Source of the DNA: a virus
Lineage: Duplodnaviria > Caudoviricetes
Length of the DNA: 24,589 nt
Strand: one strand, 5' to 3'
Virus record (IMG/VR): IMGVR_UViG_3300020042_002797
Coordinates: 1 to 24,589 of that record
The notes under the pieces are model-generated. The model did no database searches, was not told the DNA's origin, and was given only the letters and a program-made list of their open reading frames with translations. The translations under genes and the position numbers were made by a program. Shown one piece after another: positions 1-8,250 of this stretch. How positions within the stretch are numbered: position 1 is the stretch's first letter; the number at the start of each line of letters is the position of its first letter.

Positions 1-273
1 GAGGCAGGGCAGACCGATGTCGTCGTGAACGTCAACTATCTCGTCACTGGGATAGACGGCACATACACCGCCGACATTGGCTTCAGCCAGCAGTTCACCA
101 TCGAACAGGGCGAGGCGTTCACGCCCTACGCTCAACTGACCCAAGCCCAAGTGGTTGGCTGGGCTGACCCACAGACCGTGAGCAATATGCAAGCGTGCGT
201 GCAGGGGCAGATTGACAGCATGATTACCCCACCCGTGTCTCCGACATCGCAGCCACTGCCTTGGGTCGCATAA
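1..273 (+). CDS. Small phage protein of the type found after tail-fibre genes; 5' truncated by the window
   Basis: Frame is open from base 1 (EAGQTDVVVNVNYLVTG...). It contains FTPYAQLTQAQVVGW and ends in PLPW, a pattern common in phage tail-fibre-adjacent proteins. Confidence 0.75.
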   Translation, partial: EAGQTDVVVNVNYLVTGIDGTYTADIGFSQQFTIEQGEAFTPYAQLTQAQVVGWADPQTVSNMQACVQGQIDSMITPPVSPTSQPLPWVA

Positions 274-301
274 CGGGAAGCCACCACCCGACCTTGGTGG
301 C
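274..301 (+). promoter_or_regulatory. Putative H-type RNA pseudoknot in the intergenic leader
   Basis: CGGG(274-277) pairs with CCCG(287-290) and GCCACCA(280-286) pairs with TGGTGGC(295-301), with the two stems interleaved. It lies just upstream of the AAAGGA RBS of the next gene. Confidence 0.55.
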
Positions 302-315
302 GCATTGAAAGGACG

Positions 316-546
316 ATGATGGCAAATACTAAAACTCCCATCTCTATCGACGGCGTTGAGTACCAGTTTGAGGACATGACCCAAGAGCAGCAAATCTTGG
401 TCAACCATGTCGCGGACTTAGACCGCAAACTTGGCTCGGCAAAATTTAACGTAGACCAGATGCAAGTCGGTCGGGACGCTTTCTTTGGGTTCCTCAAGAA
501 CTCCTTGGCGCAGCCCGCAGTGACCGACGCAACCGTAGTGGAGTAA
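316..546 (+). CDS. Hypothetical phage protein with a coiled-coil; possible tail-fibre assembly factor
   Basis: 76-aa ORF with a GAAAGGA RBS; ISIDGVEY followed by a helical segment. Confidence 0.8.
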   Translation: MMANTKTPISIDGVEYQFEDMTQEQQILVNHVADLDRKLGSAKFNVDQMQVGRDAFFGFLKNSLAQPAVTDATVVE

Positions 547-548
547 AC

Positions 549-770
549 GTGGAAAACCAGCAATTGTTTAACATTGTCGTGGCGATTGCTGGTTTTTTTG
601 CCGCTTACGTTCTGAACAACATGACCCGGCAAATTCAAAAGCTCGAAGACAAGGTCAACGAAATGCCAGTTATCTACGTCATCAAGGGTGACTACCGCGA
701 GGACATCGCGGAGGTCAAGACCATCTTGAAGCAGATTTTTGACAAGCTCGACAGCAAGGCTGACAAATGA
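549..770 (+). CDS. Small membrane protein (N-terminal TM helix plus coiled-coil), holin/antiholin-like
   Basis: GTG start after GGAG; hydrophobic LFNIVVAIAGFFAAYVL; charged C-terminus; ATGA overlap with the next gene. Confidence 0.75.
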   Translation: MENQQLFNIVVAIAGFFAAYVLNNMTRQIQKLEDKVNEMPVIYVIKGDYREDIAEVKTILKQIFDKLDSKADK

Positions 771-1257
771 TTGACCCCTTTACCGCCTTTGCGCTTGCGC
801 AGGGTGCCGTAGCTGGCATAAAAAAGCAGTTGCTCTTGGTAAGGACATCCACAGCCTCTATAAAGAATTCAGCAGTTTTTATCAAGCAGCGGATACGGTT
901 CACCTAGCAAGCAGTAAAGCTCGGATTGCTAGTATAGGTAAGACGAATGCGCAAATTAGTTCTGAAGCTCTCCAGATTGCACTGGCATCCAAAGCACTGC
1001 GGGAGCACGAAAAGGAACTGAAGGACATACTCTTCTACAGCGGAAATGCTCCGGTCTGGGAAGAGATGATGGCAGAGCGGACTAGGCTGGTTAAGGAACG
1101 CAACACGCTGGAGAGAGAAGAGGCGGAACGCAAACAGAAGGACAAGGAAATGAAGGTGGCAATCATCATGAACACACTCTGGATTTCCGGTGCGTCCGCT
1201 ATTGTTGTGCCACTGGTAAGTGTGGCATTTCACGTTATCACGAATAAGGGTTTCTAA
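767..1257 (+). CDS. About 163-aa membrane-anchored coiled-coil protein requiring a -1 frameshift at 820-826 (programmed shift or 1-nt deletion/sequencing error)
   Basis: ATG767 reads MIDPFTAFALAQGAVAGIKK and the 0-frame stops at TAG 905-907. The -1 frame is open from 826 (AVALGKDIHSLYKEFSSFYQAAD...) through the listed 1066..1257 ORF, which ends in a TM helix. Confidence 0.75.
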
Positions 1258-1754
1258 TGGAATGGCTTAAAACTATTGCGCCAACAGTCGCTACGGCGCT
1301 TGGTGGCCCACTGGCCGGGATGGCTGTAGCCGCTGTCTCTAAAGCGCTTGGGTGCGAACCTGAAGAGGTGCAGGACATCATCAGTAGCGGCAAGTTGACT
1401 GCCGAGCAGGTGGCGTCCATACAGCTTGCTGAACTGGAATTGAAGAAGCAGGCCCAGTCGATGAATCTCGACTTTGAGCAGTTGGCCGTGGCAGACCGCA
1501 AATCAGCACGCGATATGCAGGTCGCCACCAAATCCTATCTTGTGCCTTTGTTGGCAATCATCGTAGTCCTCTCATTTGTCGGCGTGGTTGTTTCAACGTT
1601 GGCGGGGTTTTCCACAATTGATTCTGTAATGGCGGGCACTCTGATTGGGTACTTGTCCGCCAAGGCAGACCAAGTGCTTTCTTTCTTTTTTGGTTCAACC
1701 GCAGGAAGCCAGCGCAAGACCGAACTGCTGTCCAAAGCGGAGGCCGTCAAATGA
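1257..1754 (+). CDS. Putative holin (3TM/GTA-type holin-like)
   Basis: IAPTVATALGGPLAG N-terminus, DRKSAR motif, two C-terminal TM segments and FFFGS; located upstream of the endolysin. Confidence 0.75.
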   Translation: MEWLKTIAPTVATALGGPLAGMAVAAVSKALGCEPEEVQDIISSGKLTAEQVASIQLAELELKKQAQSMNLDFEQLAVADRKSARDMQVATKSYLVPLLAIIVVLSFVGVVVSTLAGFSTIDSVMAGTLIGYLSAKADQVLSFFFGSTAGSQRKTELLSKAEAVK

Positions 1755-1984
1755 AAGCCAAGCTGACGTTCTTTGTGACCCTGATGGTCAGCTTTACGCT
1801 GTGCGTTGTAGTCATCGGGATGGTTGGCGTGTTGATGGCTGGCTTGTTTAACCCACTTGTGGATAACGGTGAAATCTTTAAACTCATAAGCCCTGCTTTT
1901 CAAACCATTGTCGGTGGCTTTATTGGACTGCTGGCTGGTGTGAAACTGTCCCACGGCGAAACTGACAAGGAGCCAGCGCCATGA
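1751..1984 (+). CDS. Small two-TM membrane protein, holin-like
   Basis: 77 aa with two hydrophobic helices; ATGA overlaps on both sides; directly precedes the endolysin. Confidence 0.75.
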   Translation: MKAKLTFFVTLMVSFTLCVVVIGMVGVLMAGLFNPLVDNGEIFKLISPAFQTIVGGFIGLLAGVKLSHGETDKEPAP

Positions 1985-2505
1985 AAGAGAACTTCGACGC
2001 CTCCTTTGCCCGCATCATCAAGAGCGAGGGCGGGTACGTTAACGACCCAGCAGACCGTGGTGGCGAGACCAACTTAGGCGTGACCATCGACGCTTGGGGC
2101 GCGTACCTCAAACGCGCCATTCAGCCCGGTGAGATGAAGGCGTTGAAGCAGGAAACCGTCAAGCCGTTCTACAAGCAGATGTATTGGGACTTGGTGAAGT
2201 GCGACGACCTGCCCGTAGGCGTCGATTACGCCGTCTTTGACTTTGCGGTGAACGCAGGGGTCTCCCGAGCCGCAAAGTTCCTCCAGCGGGCTGTGGGGGC
2301 CGTGGACGACGGTGTTATCGGCGCTGGTACTTTGGGGCGCGTAGCCAAGACAGACCCCGCAGTGTTGTTGAAGAACTTTGCCGAGCAGAAGCAGCGCTTC
2401 TACAACGGTCTTGCCACAAACAACCCGAGCCAACAAAAGTTCCTGAAGGGCTGGTTGGCCCGTGTAGACCACGTTCAAGACGCTGCCGAGTCAATGATGG
2501 CTTAA
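1981..2505 (+). CDS. Endolysin, glycoside hydrolase family 108 with a C-terminal peptidoglycan-binding region
   Basis: EGGYVNDPADRGGETNLGVT catalytic motif, FDFAVNAG, DGVIGAGTL and FLKGWLAR. Confidence 0.93.
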   Translation: MKENFDASFARIIKSEGGYVNDPADRGGETNLGVTIDAWGAYLKRAIQPGEMKALKQETVKPFYKQMYWDLVKCDDLPVGVDYAVFDFAVNAGVSRAAKFLQRAVGAVDDGVIGAGTLGRVAKTDPAVLLKNFAEQKQRFYNGLATNNPSQQKFLKGWLARVDHVQDAAESMMA

Positions 2506-2548
2506 AGGTCTCCCCAACCTTACAATCGCTGTACACAAGGACTGAACC

Positions 2549-3184
2549 ATGACCGTAGCAGCAGTAATGACGTATGACAGCTTGGTCGATGACATTACGA
2601 CCTATCTGGAGCGCAACGACACGCAAACTCTTGACAAGATTCCGCAGTTCATTATGTTTGCGGAGCAGATTATTGCGTCCGAAATTAAGTTCTTGGGCAA
2701 TCTGGTAGTGGTCTCTAGCACCATGACGCAATCTGACAACATTATTCCCAAGCCCGCCCGCTGGCGCAAGACGGTTTCCATGAACGTCTCGGTGGCTGGA
2801 GTTCGCCAGCCTGTTCTCTTGCGCACCTACGAGTACTTGCGCGAATACTGGCCCGACCAGACCATGACGGACATCCCCAAGTATTTTGGCGATTACGACT
2901 ACGACCACTGGCTGGTGGTTCCAACGCCTGCAACCGGGTACACCTACGAGGTTTTGTACTACGAGCGCAACCAGCCTCTTGATTCTTCCAACCAGTCCAA
3001 CTGGTTTACCGAGTACGCCCCGCAAGCTCTTTTGTACGGTTCACTGCTGCAAGCAATGCCGTTCTTAAAGAACGATGAGCGCATCCCAATGTGGCAGGCG
3101 CAGTACGACAAAATCATCGCTGTCTTGCAGAATGAAAATGCCATCCGTGTGGCTGACCGACAAGCAATTGCGAGGGATACATGA
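2549..3184 (+). CDS. Putative head-tail adaptor / tail tubular protein A-like
   Basis: 211 aa with an AAGGA RBS; TYDSL...I..YLER, FIMFAE and ALLYGSL motifs typical of podovirus adaptors; precedes the nozzle-like gene. Confidence 0.7.
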   Translation: MTVAAVMTYDSLVDDITTYLERNDTQTLDKIPQFIMFAEQIIASEIKFLGNLVVVSSTMTQSDNIIPKPARWRKTVSMNVSVAGVRQPVLLRTYEYLREYWPDQTMTDIPKYFGDYDYDHWLVVPTPATGYTYEVLYYERNQPLDSSNQSNWFTEYAPQALLYGSLLQAMPFLKNDERIPMWQAQYDKIIAVLQNENAIRVADRQAIARDT

Positions 3185-4428
3185 CCACCTTTACCTCTCC
3201 CTTCACGGGCCAAGTCATCCAGCCAACGGATGTCTCGTATCGCTCCATTTCTCTGACGGCTACCAGCCAGCTAACGTGGCCTATCAACGGCAGCCCAACG
3301 GACGATGTTGCCGCACGCATCATGGATGTGTCCTCGACATCCACGACAGGTGCCTTCTCGCTGCTGATGCCGCCAGCCAACCAGACATCGGTTGGTCAGG
3401 ATGCTCTGATTCGCAACACTGGCTCGTATGCCTTCACGGTCAAGGACTACCTCGGCGTCAATGCAATTGCTACTGTTGCCCCAAGCACGGCTGTCTACAT
3501 CTACATCAGAACCAACACCACCACTTCTGGCACTTGGGGTCTGATTCAGTTTGGCGTTGGCTCATCAAATGTAGACGCGGCTGCGCTTGCCGGGTATGGG
3601 TTGAAGGCAATCACCAGCACCCTGAACACCGCCCATCCGGTCACCACGTTCTCTTCTGCATACACCGCAATTGCCTCTGACCGCGCAGCATCCTATGTCT
3701 GGACTGGCGGCGCAGCAACGCTTACCCTTACCGCAGCGACTACGTTGGGCAATGACTGGTTCATGTTGATTCGCAACGGCGGTACTGGCACTTTGGCGGT
3801 GACCCCGGCATCTGGACTCATCAACGGCGTTGCATCCATTGCTTTACAGCCAGCGGACTCCTGCATCATCTGCTGCTCTGGAACCGCATTCTTCACCGTT
3901 GGCTTAGGCCAAGCCTCGCAGTTCAACTTTACCCAGTTGACCAAGGCGGTAGTGACAGGAACCTACACCCTGACATCGTCAGAAGCGTCCAACGTGGTGC
4001 AAAAGTACACAGGCACCTTGACTGGCAATGTGACCGTCATATTGCCGCCGACCATTCAGGTGTACTACATCACCAACCAAACAAACGGCACGGCGTCAAA
4101 CTTCACCATCACGTTCACCACCAATTCAGGTGGAACCGTTGCAACGGTGCCAGCGGGCCAACAGGTCACTTTAATTTGTGACTCGGTCAACCTGCTGAAC
4201 GCAAACACCGTCCTTGCTGGCGCAAGCAGCATCTCCTTGATTGATGGAACCGTTGGAGCGCCTGCACTGAACTTTTCATCTGAGACGTCAACTGGTGTTT
4301 ATCGCGCAACTTCGGGTGAGTTCAACACTGCCATCTTGGGCGTTCTGCGTTCCACGCTGTCGGCCACCGGTCTGGCAATTGTTGGGACAGGCAACTTCAC
4401 CGGTGGAGTTTCTGGCGGTACGTTTTAG
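3181..4428 (+). CDS. Virion structural protein (tail/fibre-proximal, Thr/Gly/Ser-rich beta protein)
   Basis: 415 aa, translationally coupled to both neighbours; DGTVGAPALNFSSETSTGVYR is a fibre-type motif. Confidence 0.7.
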   Translation: MTTFTSPFTGQVIQPTDVSYRSISLTATSQLTWPINGSPTDDVAARIMDVSSTSTTGAFSLLMPPANQTSVGQDALIRNTGSYAFTVKDYLGVNAIATVAPSTAVYIYIRTNTTTSGTWGLIQFGVGSSNVDAAALAGYGLKAITSTLNTAHPVTTFSSAYTAIASDRAASYVWTGGAATLTLTAATTLGNDWFMLIRNGGTGTLAVTPASGLINGVASIALQPADSCIICCSGTAFFTVGLGQASQFNFTQLTKAVVTGTYTLTSSEASNVVQKYTGTLTGNVTVILPPTIQVYYITNQTNGTASNFTITFTTNSGGTVATVPAGQQVTLICDSVNLLNANTVLAGASSISLIDGTVGAPALNFSSETSTGVYRATSGEFNTAILGVLRSTLSATGLAIVGTGNFTGGVSGGTF

Positions 4429-7400
4429 TGGCTCAAAAAGTTTTTACCATCGACACCCTCGCTGGAATTCAACGGGATGGAACGGTGTTTGACAAGAACT
4501 ACTACACCGATGGAAAGTGGGTCAGGTTCCAGCGTGGTCGTCCACGCAAGATGGGTGGATTTAGGGTCATATCCAGCCAGTTGAACGGCCCATCTCGCGG
4601 CATTTGGGTAAACACCCAAAACGCCTTCACATCCATTTTCAGCGGGTACAACGATGGACTGCAAGTCCTTACCATTGATGAAAACGGTATTGGCTCTGGT
4701 GTTCAAGATTTCACCTTTAGTAATTTCACTGCCAGCGATGACAACCTGTGGCAGTTTGACGGTTTCTACGATGTATCTGGCTCTGGCTTGCAGACCATCC
4801 TTGCTGCGCCATGTCAAAACCTGAACAGCATCAGTAGCACGGTAAACACCCCTGTGCTGATTGGCAGCATCACTGGCACCACCATGTCAGGAATTGGAGT
4901 TTTTTCTGATTCCAATGCCTACATAAATGGAACAACATCTGTAACCATATCGGAGACCAATGTTTTAATTGGCGCTGGTCAATCTGTTACGGGGACTGGC
5001 ATTCCAAGTGGAACTACGATTGTTTCAAGCGATATTGAAGCGCCTAACTTGAGCAGTGTTGCCGTCACGGGAACAAGCGGAACATTTTCTTGCGCGTCAA
5101 CTTCAGGCTTTTACATCGGCCAAACAGTTACCGTTGCAGGGCTTCTTCCAACGCAAGTTTTGTCATCGGTTGCGGTTACTGGAGTTGGTGGTACTTTTTC
5201 TTGCAGCGCAACCAGCGGCTTGTATAGCGGCCAAGAGGTTGTTGTTTCTGGAAATATTCTTAATACAACATTGGCAAATGTTGCGATTACAGGTTCAAGC
5301 GGAGCATTTTCTTGCACGGCAACAACTGGCCTTGCTGTAGGGCAGCCTGTGGTTGTTTCTGGAGCCATAAGCACGAACACTCTTGCGGCAGTTGCGGTCA
5401 CTAGCGTTACTGGTGATTTTTCTTGCACGGCAACAACTGGTCTTTATGTGGGGCAGCCAATCACTGTTAGCGGCACGCCTACTGCATCAACAATTTCAGG
5501 TGTTGCTGTTACGGGTGTTGCTGGTCAATGTTCCTGCACAGCCACTACGGGCTTGTTCATTGGGCAGCAAATTTTTGTAACTGGAACTTTGACCGGAACT
5601 GCAACTGGTGTCAACGGGAACCAGACTTACTACATCATTGCCACAAACGGAACGTCAACATTTACGTTGTCATCTGCGTCGGGCGGCTCTGCTTTGACAA
5701 CAACCGCTGGCACAACTACTGGGTTGACGTTTACGGCAATTTTGTCAAGTGGTGTGGTGACTGGTACTACCTATTACATTATTGCAACCAACGGGACATC
5801 AACATTCACTTTGTCGCCCTCCATAAATGGAGCGGCAATTGCAACAAATATAGTTACTTTGGCTGGGTTGACGTTTTCTGGGCCTACTGGAACAGGACTC
5901 GTTTCTGGAACCACTTATTACATTTCAGCCACTAACGGCACAACAACATTTTCCTTGTCTTCCGTGTCAGGAGGGTCGCCAATAACAAACACGTTTGGCG
6001 CAACCACTGGGCTGACGTTTGTAACAACGCCATTTACAGGGGTTTTAAGCGGCACAACGTATTACATTATTGCAACCAATGGCACTTCGACATTTACTTT
6101 GTCCGCAACTTCCGGTGGCTCAGCTATTACAACAATAGTGACAAGCACCAACAATTTGGTGTTCACTGTACAAAGATACATTGGCCTGTCTTCTGGTGAA
6201 ACTTACTACGTTATTGCCACCAACTATTCAACAACATTCACTCTATCTGCGACTTCTGGCGGAGGCGCGATATCCACAATTGTTGCGCCAACAACTGGTT
6301 TTGTTTTTACTTTAGGCTCTTACCAGAAGGTTGTTTTATCTGCTGCGGCAACAACAAGCGGCTCCTCAACTCTAACCTTTGACAACAACGTCTCAGTGTC
6401 GGGCGGGGTGGTCTCCCTGCACCCCTATGTCTTTGTGTACGGCAACGATGGGTTGATTAGGAACTGCGCCGCAGGCAACGCCCAAGACTGGGTCTCTGCG
6501 GACGCCAACGAGACCAACGTAGCCACCGGAAAGATTGTCCAAGGGCTACCCGTCCGGGGTGGCTCAAACGCGCCTTCTGGCTTGTTCTGGAGCATTGACA
6601 GCCTAGTCCGCGTGTCCTACATCGGCGGGCAAGGAACACCCCCTCAATACTGGCGCTACGACATCATCAGCAGTCAGTCTTCCATCCTGTCTTCGCAGTC
6701 TGCCATTGAGTACGACGGCGTGTATTACTGGTGTGGCGTTGACCGCTTCTTGCTGTACAACGGCGTGGTCAAGGAAATTCCAAACGCCATGAACCAGAAC
6801 TACTTCTTTGACAACCTGAACTACTCCCAGCGACAAAAGGTATGGGTGAGCAAGGTGCCACGGTTTGGCGAGGTGTGGTGGTTTTACCCCAAGGGAGATG
6901 CAACCGAATGCACCGACGCCATCATCTACAACGTCCGCGAAAACGTCTGGTATGACGCTGGAGAAGCGGATGGAGCTAGACGCTCTGCTGGGTACTTCTC
7001 CCAAGTGTTTGCCTACCCAGTGCAGGCATCATGGGACGCGACCGTTGAGGCAGTGGTGACGACGGGGTCTTTTCTGGTCACTTCAGGAAGCACGTTTGTG
7101 TACACAGACACTTACGATGGGAACATCATCATTGACCAGTTGGTGTCTGGCGCAGGGATTGTTTTGGGGACGCTGGTCAACGGCATCACCTCCAGCAACA
7201 TAAAAGCCCTGTACACGCTCGTGGGCGGGTCTGCTTACACCAATGGCACTTACACCAACGTCGCCCTAACAGGAGGCTCTGGCACGGGCGCACAGGCCAC
7301 TGTGGTGGTGTCTGGTGGGGCAGTCACATCCGTGACCATCACCGCCCGTGGTGCCGCCTATGCAATTGACAACACCCTGAGCGCCACTGCGGCATCAATC

Positions 7401-7928
7401 GGCGGAACTGGCTCGGGCTTCTCCATCAAGGTGCAGACCATCTACCAGCAGGCGGTGACGCTTTCTGTGGCGGCTACGGCCACCGCAACCACAACCCTGA
7501 CGTTCTCCACCCAGCCAGACCTCATTCAAATATTCCAACATGAGATTGGGGTTGACAGCGTCAACGGTCAGGACGTGCTTGCCATTGAGAGCTTCTTTGA
7601 GACCAGCGACCTTAGTTGGGTGGCGGGTGGCCCGTCTCAAACCGAAGCTGTTGGGCTTAACAAGTGGGAGCGCTTGGAGCGAGTTGAGCCAGACTTCCTG
7701 ATGGAGGGCGAGATGAGTTTGGTCGTCACTGGCCGACCATTTGCCCAAAGCGTGGACAAAGAAAGCACGCCCTACTTGTTTGACAAGAACACGGGCAAGA
7801 TTGACATGCGTGAGCAACGCCGTGAGATTCGCCTGCGCTTCATTTCTGACACTGCGGGCGGCGACTACCAATTGGGCAAGGTCTTGCTGCACGCAGAAAT
7901 TGGGGACACCAGACCATATGGCTCTTAA
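4428..7928 (+). CDS. Tail nozzle / tail tubular protein B-like with two inserted beta-rich appendages
   Basis: 1166 aa. WVRFQRGRPRKMGG N-terminus and propeller-like YYWCG..RF..YNG and FGEVWWFYP segments, interrupted by inserts at about 4911-6380 and about 7060-7505. Confidence 0.75.
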   Translation: MAQKVFTIDTLAGIQRDGTVFDKNYYTDGKWVRFQRGRPRKMGGFRVISSQLNGPSRGIWVNTQNAFTSIFSGYNDGLQVLTIDENGIGSGVQDFTFSNFTASDDNLWQFDGFYDVSGSGLQTILAAPCQNLNSISSTVNTPVLIGSITGTTMSGIGVFSDSNAYINGTTSVTISETNVLIGAGQSVTGTGIPSGTTIVSSDIEAPNLSSVAVTGTSGTFSCASTSGFYIGQTVTVAGLLPTQVLSSVAVTGVGGTFSCSATSGLYSGQEVVVSGNILNTTLANVAITGSSGAFSCTATTGLAVGQPVVVSGAISTNTLAAVAVTSVTGDFSCTATTGLYVGQPITVSGTPTASTISGVAVTGVAGQCSCTATTGLFIGQQIFVTGTLTGTATGVNGNQTYYIIATNGTSTFTLSSASGGSALTTTAGTTTGLTFTAILSSGVVTGTTYYIIATNGTSTFTLSPSINGAAIATNIVTLAGLTFSGPTGTGLVSGTTYYISATNGTTTFSLSSVSGGSPITNTFGATTGLTFVTTPFTGVLSGTTYYIIATNGTSTFTLSATSGGSAITTIVTSTNNLVFTVQRYIGLSSGETYYVIATNYSTTFTLSATSGGGAISTIVAPTTGFVFTLGSYQKVVLSAAATTSGSSTLTFDNNVSVSGGVVSLHPYVFVYGNDGLIRNCAAGNAQDWVSADANETNVATGKIVQGLPVRGGSNAPSGLFWSIDSLVRVSYIGGQGTPPQYWRYDIISSQSSILSSQSAIEYDGVYYWCGVDRFLLYNGVVKEIPNAMNQNYFFDNLNYSQRQKVWVSKVPRFGEVWWFYPKGDATECTDAIIYNVRENVWYDAGEADGARRSAGYFSQVFAYPVQASWDATVEAVVTTGSFLVTSGSTFVYTDTYDGNIIIDQLVSGAGIVLGTLVNGITSSNIKALYTLVGGSAYTNGTYTNVALTGGSGTGAQATVVVSGGAVTSVTITARGAAYAIDNTLSATAASIGGTGSGFSIKVQTIYQQAVTLSVAATATATTTLTFSTQPDLIQIFQHEIGVDSVNGQDVLAIESFFETSDLSWVAGGPSQTEAVGLNKWERLERVEPDFLMEGEMSLVVTGRPFAQSVDKESTPYLFDKNTGKIDMREQRREIRLRFISDTAGGDYQLGKVLLHAEIGDTRPYGS
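5049..5603 (+). repeat. Five tandem 111-bp (37-aa) coding repeats, type A
   Basis: L..VAVTG..G.FSC.ATTGL..GQ.V.VSG units start at 5049, 5160, 5271, 5382 and 5493. Confidence 0.92.
5604..6323 (+). repeat. Five tandem 144-bp (48-aa) coding repeats, type B
   Basis: TYYIIATNGTSTFTLS...GG motif with TYY at 5625, 5769, 5913, 6057 and 6201. Confidence 0.92.
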
Positions 7929-8184
7929 TCCCGCACTCATCTACGACCCACGATTTCACACATTTGAGTCGTGGGCAAGCCTCATGTGTGAGCTTTATGC
8001 CCCGCAGCAGCTTGAGATACCCAACGCCCAGACCGACTGGAAGACTTGGGGCAACGGCTTGTCCGCAATTGATGTGTTTACCAACGAGGCCATCCCACGA
8101 ACAGAGAACTTTGACGATTGGCACGACTGGGCGGAAGCGCTTGTGAGCGCCGTTAACCCCGCAACCTTGGCATTGACAACATGA
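7918..8184 (+). CDS. Small Trp-rich phage protein, probably structural
   Basis: The real start is probably ATG7918 (MALNPALIYDPR...DWAEAL), overlapping the nozzle stop; same frame as the listed 7741 ORF. Confidence 0.75.
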   Translation: MALNPALIYDPRFHTFESWASLMCELYAPQQLEIPNAQTDWKTWGNGLSAIDVFTNEAIPRTENFDDWHDWAEALVSAVNPATLALTT

Positions 8185-8250
8185 TGTCTACAAAAAAAAT
8201 TGTAACTATGGCTTTGCATCAGCAGATAGCTTCTGCATTAGGAGTCTGAT

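Noticed and set aside
1066-1257. Standalone 63-aa gene as listed in the ORF track
   Set aside because: The frame is open for 240 nt further upstream and joins the ATG767 start through a -1 shift.
2315-3025. 236-aa antisense ORF, and the similar 15439-16125 and 7395-7940 ORFs
   Set aside because: These are shadows of well-supported + strand genes with no recognisable motifs.
5049-6323. Diversity-generating retroelement TR/VR pair
   Set aside because: No reverse transcriptase is in the window, and the repeats differ at all base types rather than specifically at adenines.
8185-8250. Leader structure or late promoter before the 1154-aa gene
   Set aside because: Only short stems (GCAGA/TCTGC and ATCAG/CTGAT) are present, which is within chance expectation, and there is no clear -10/-35.
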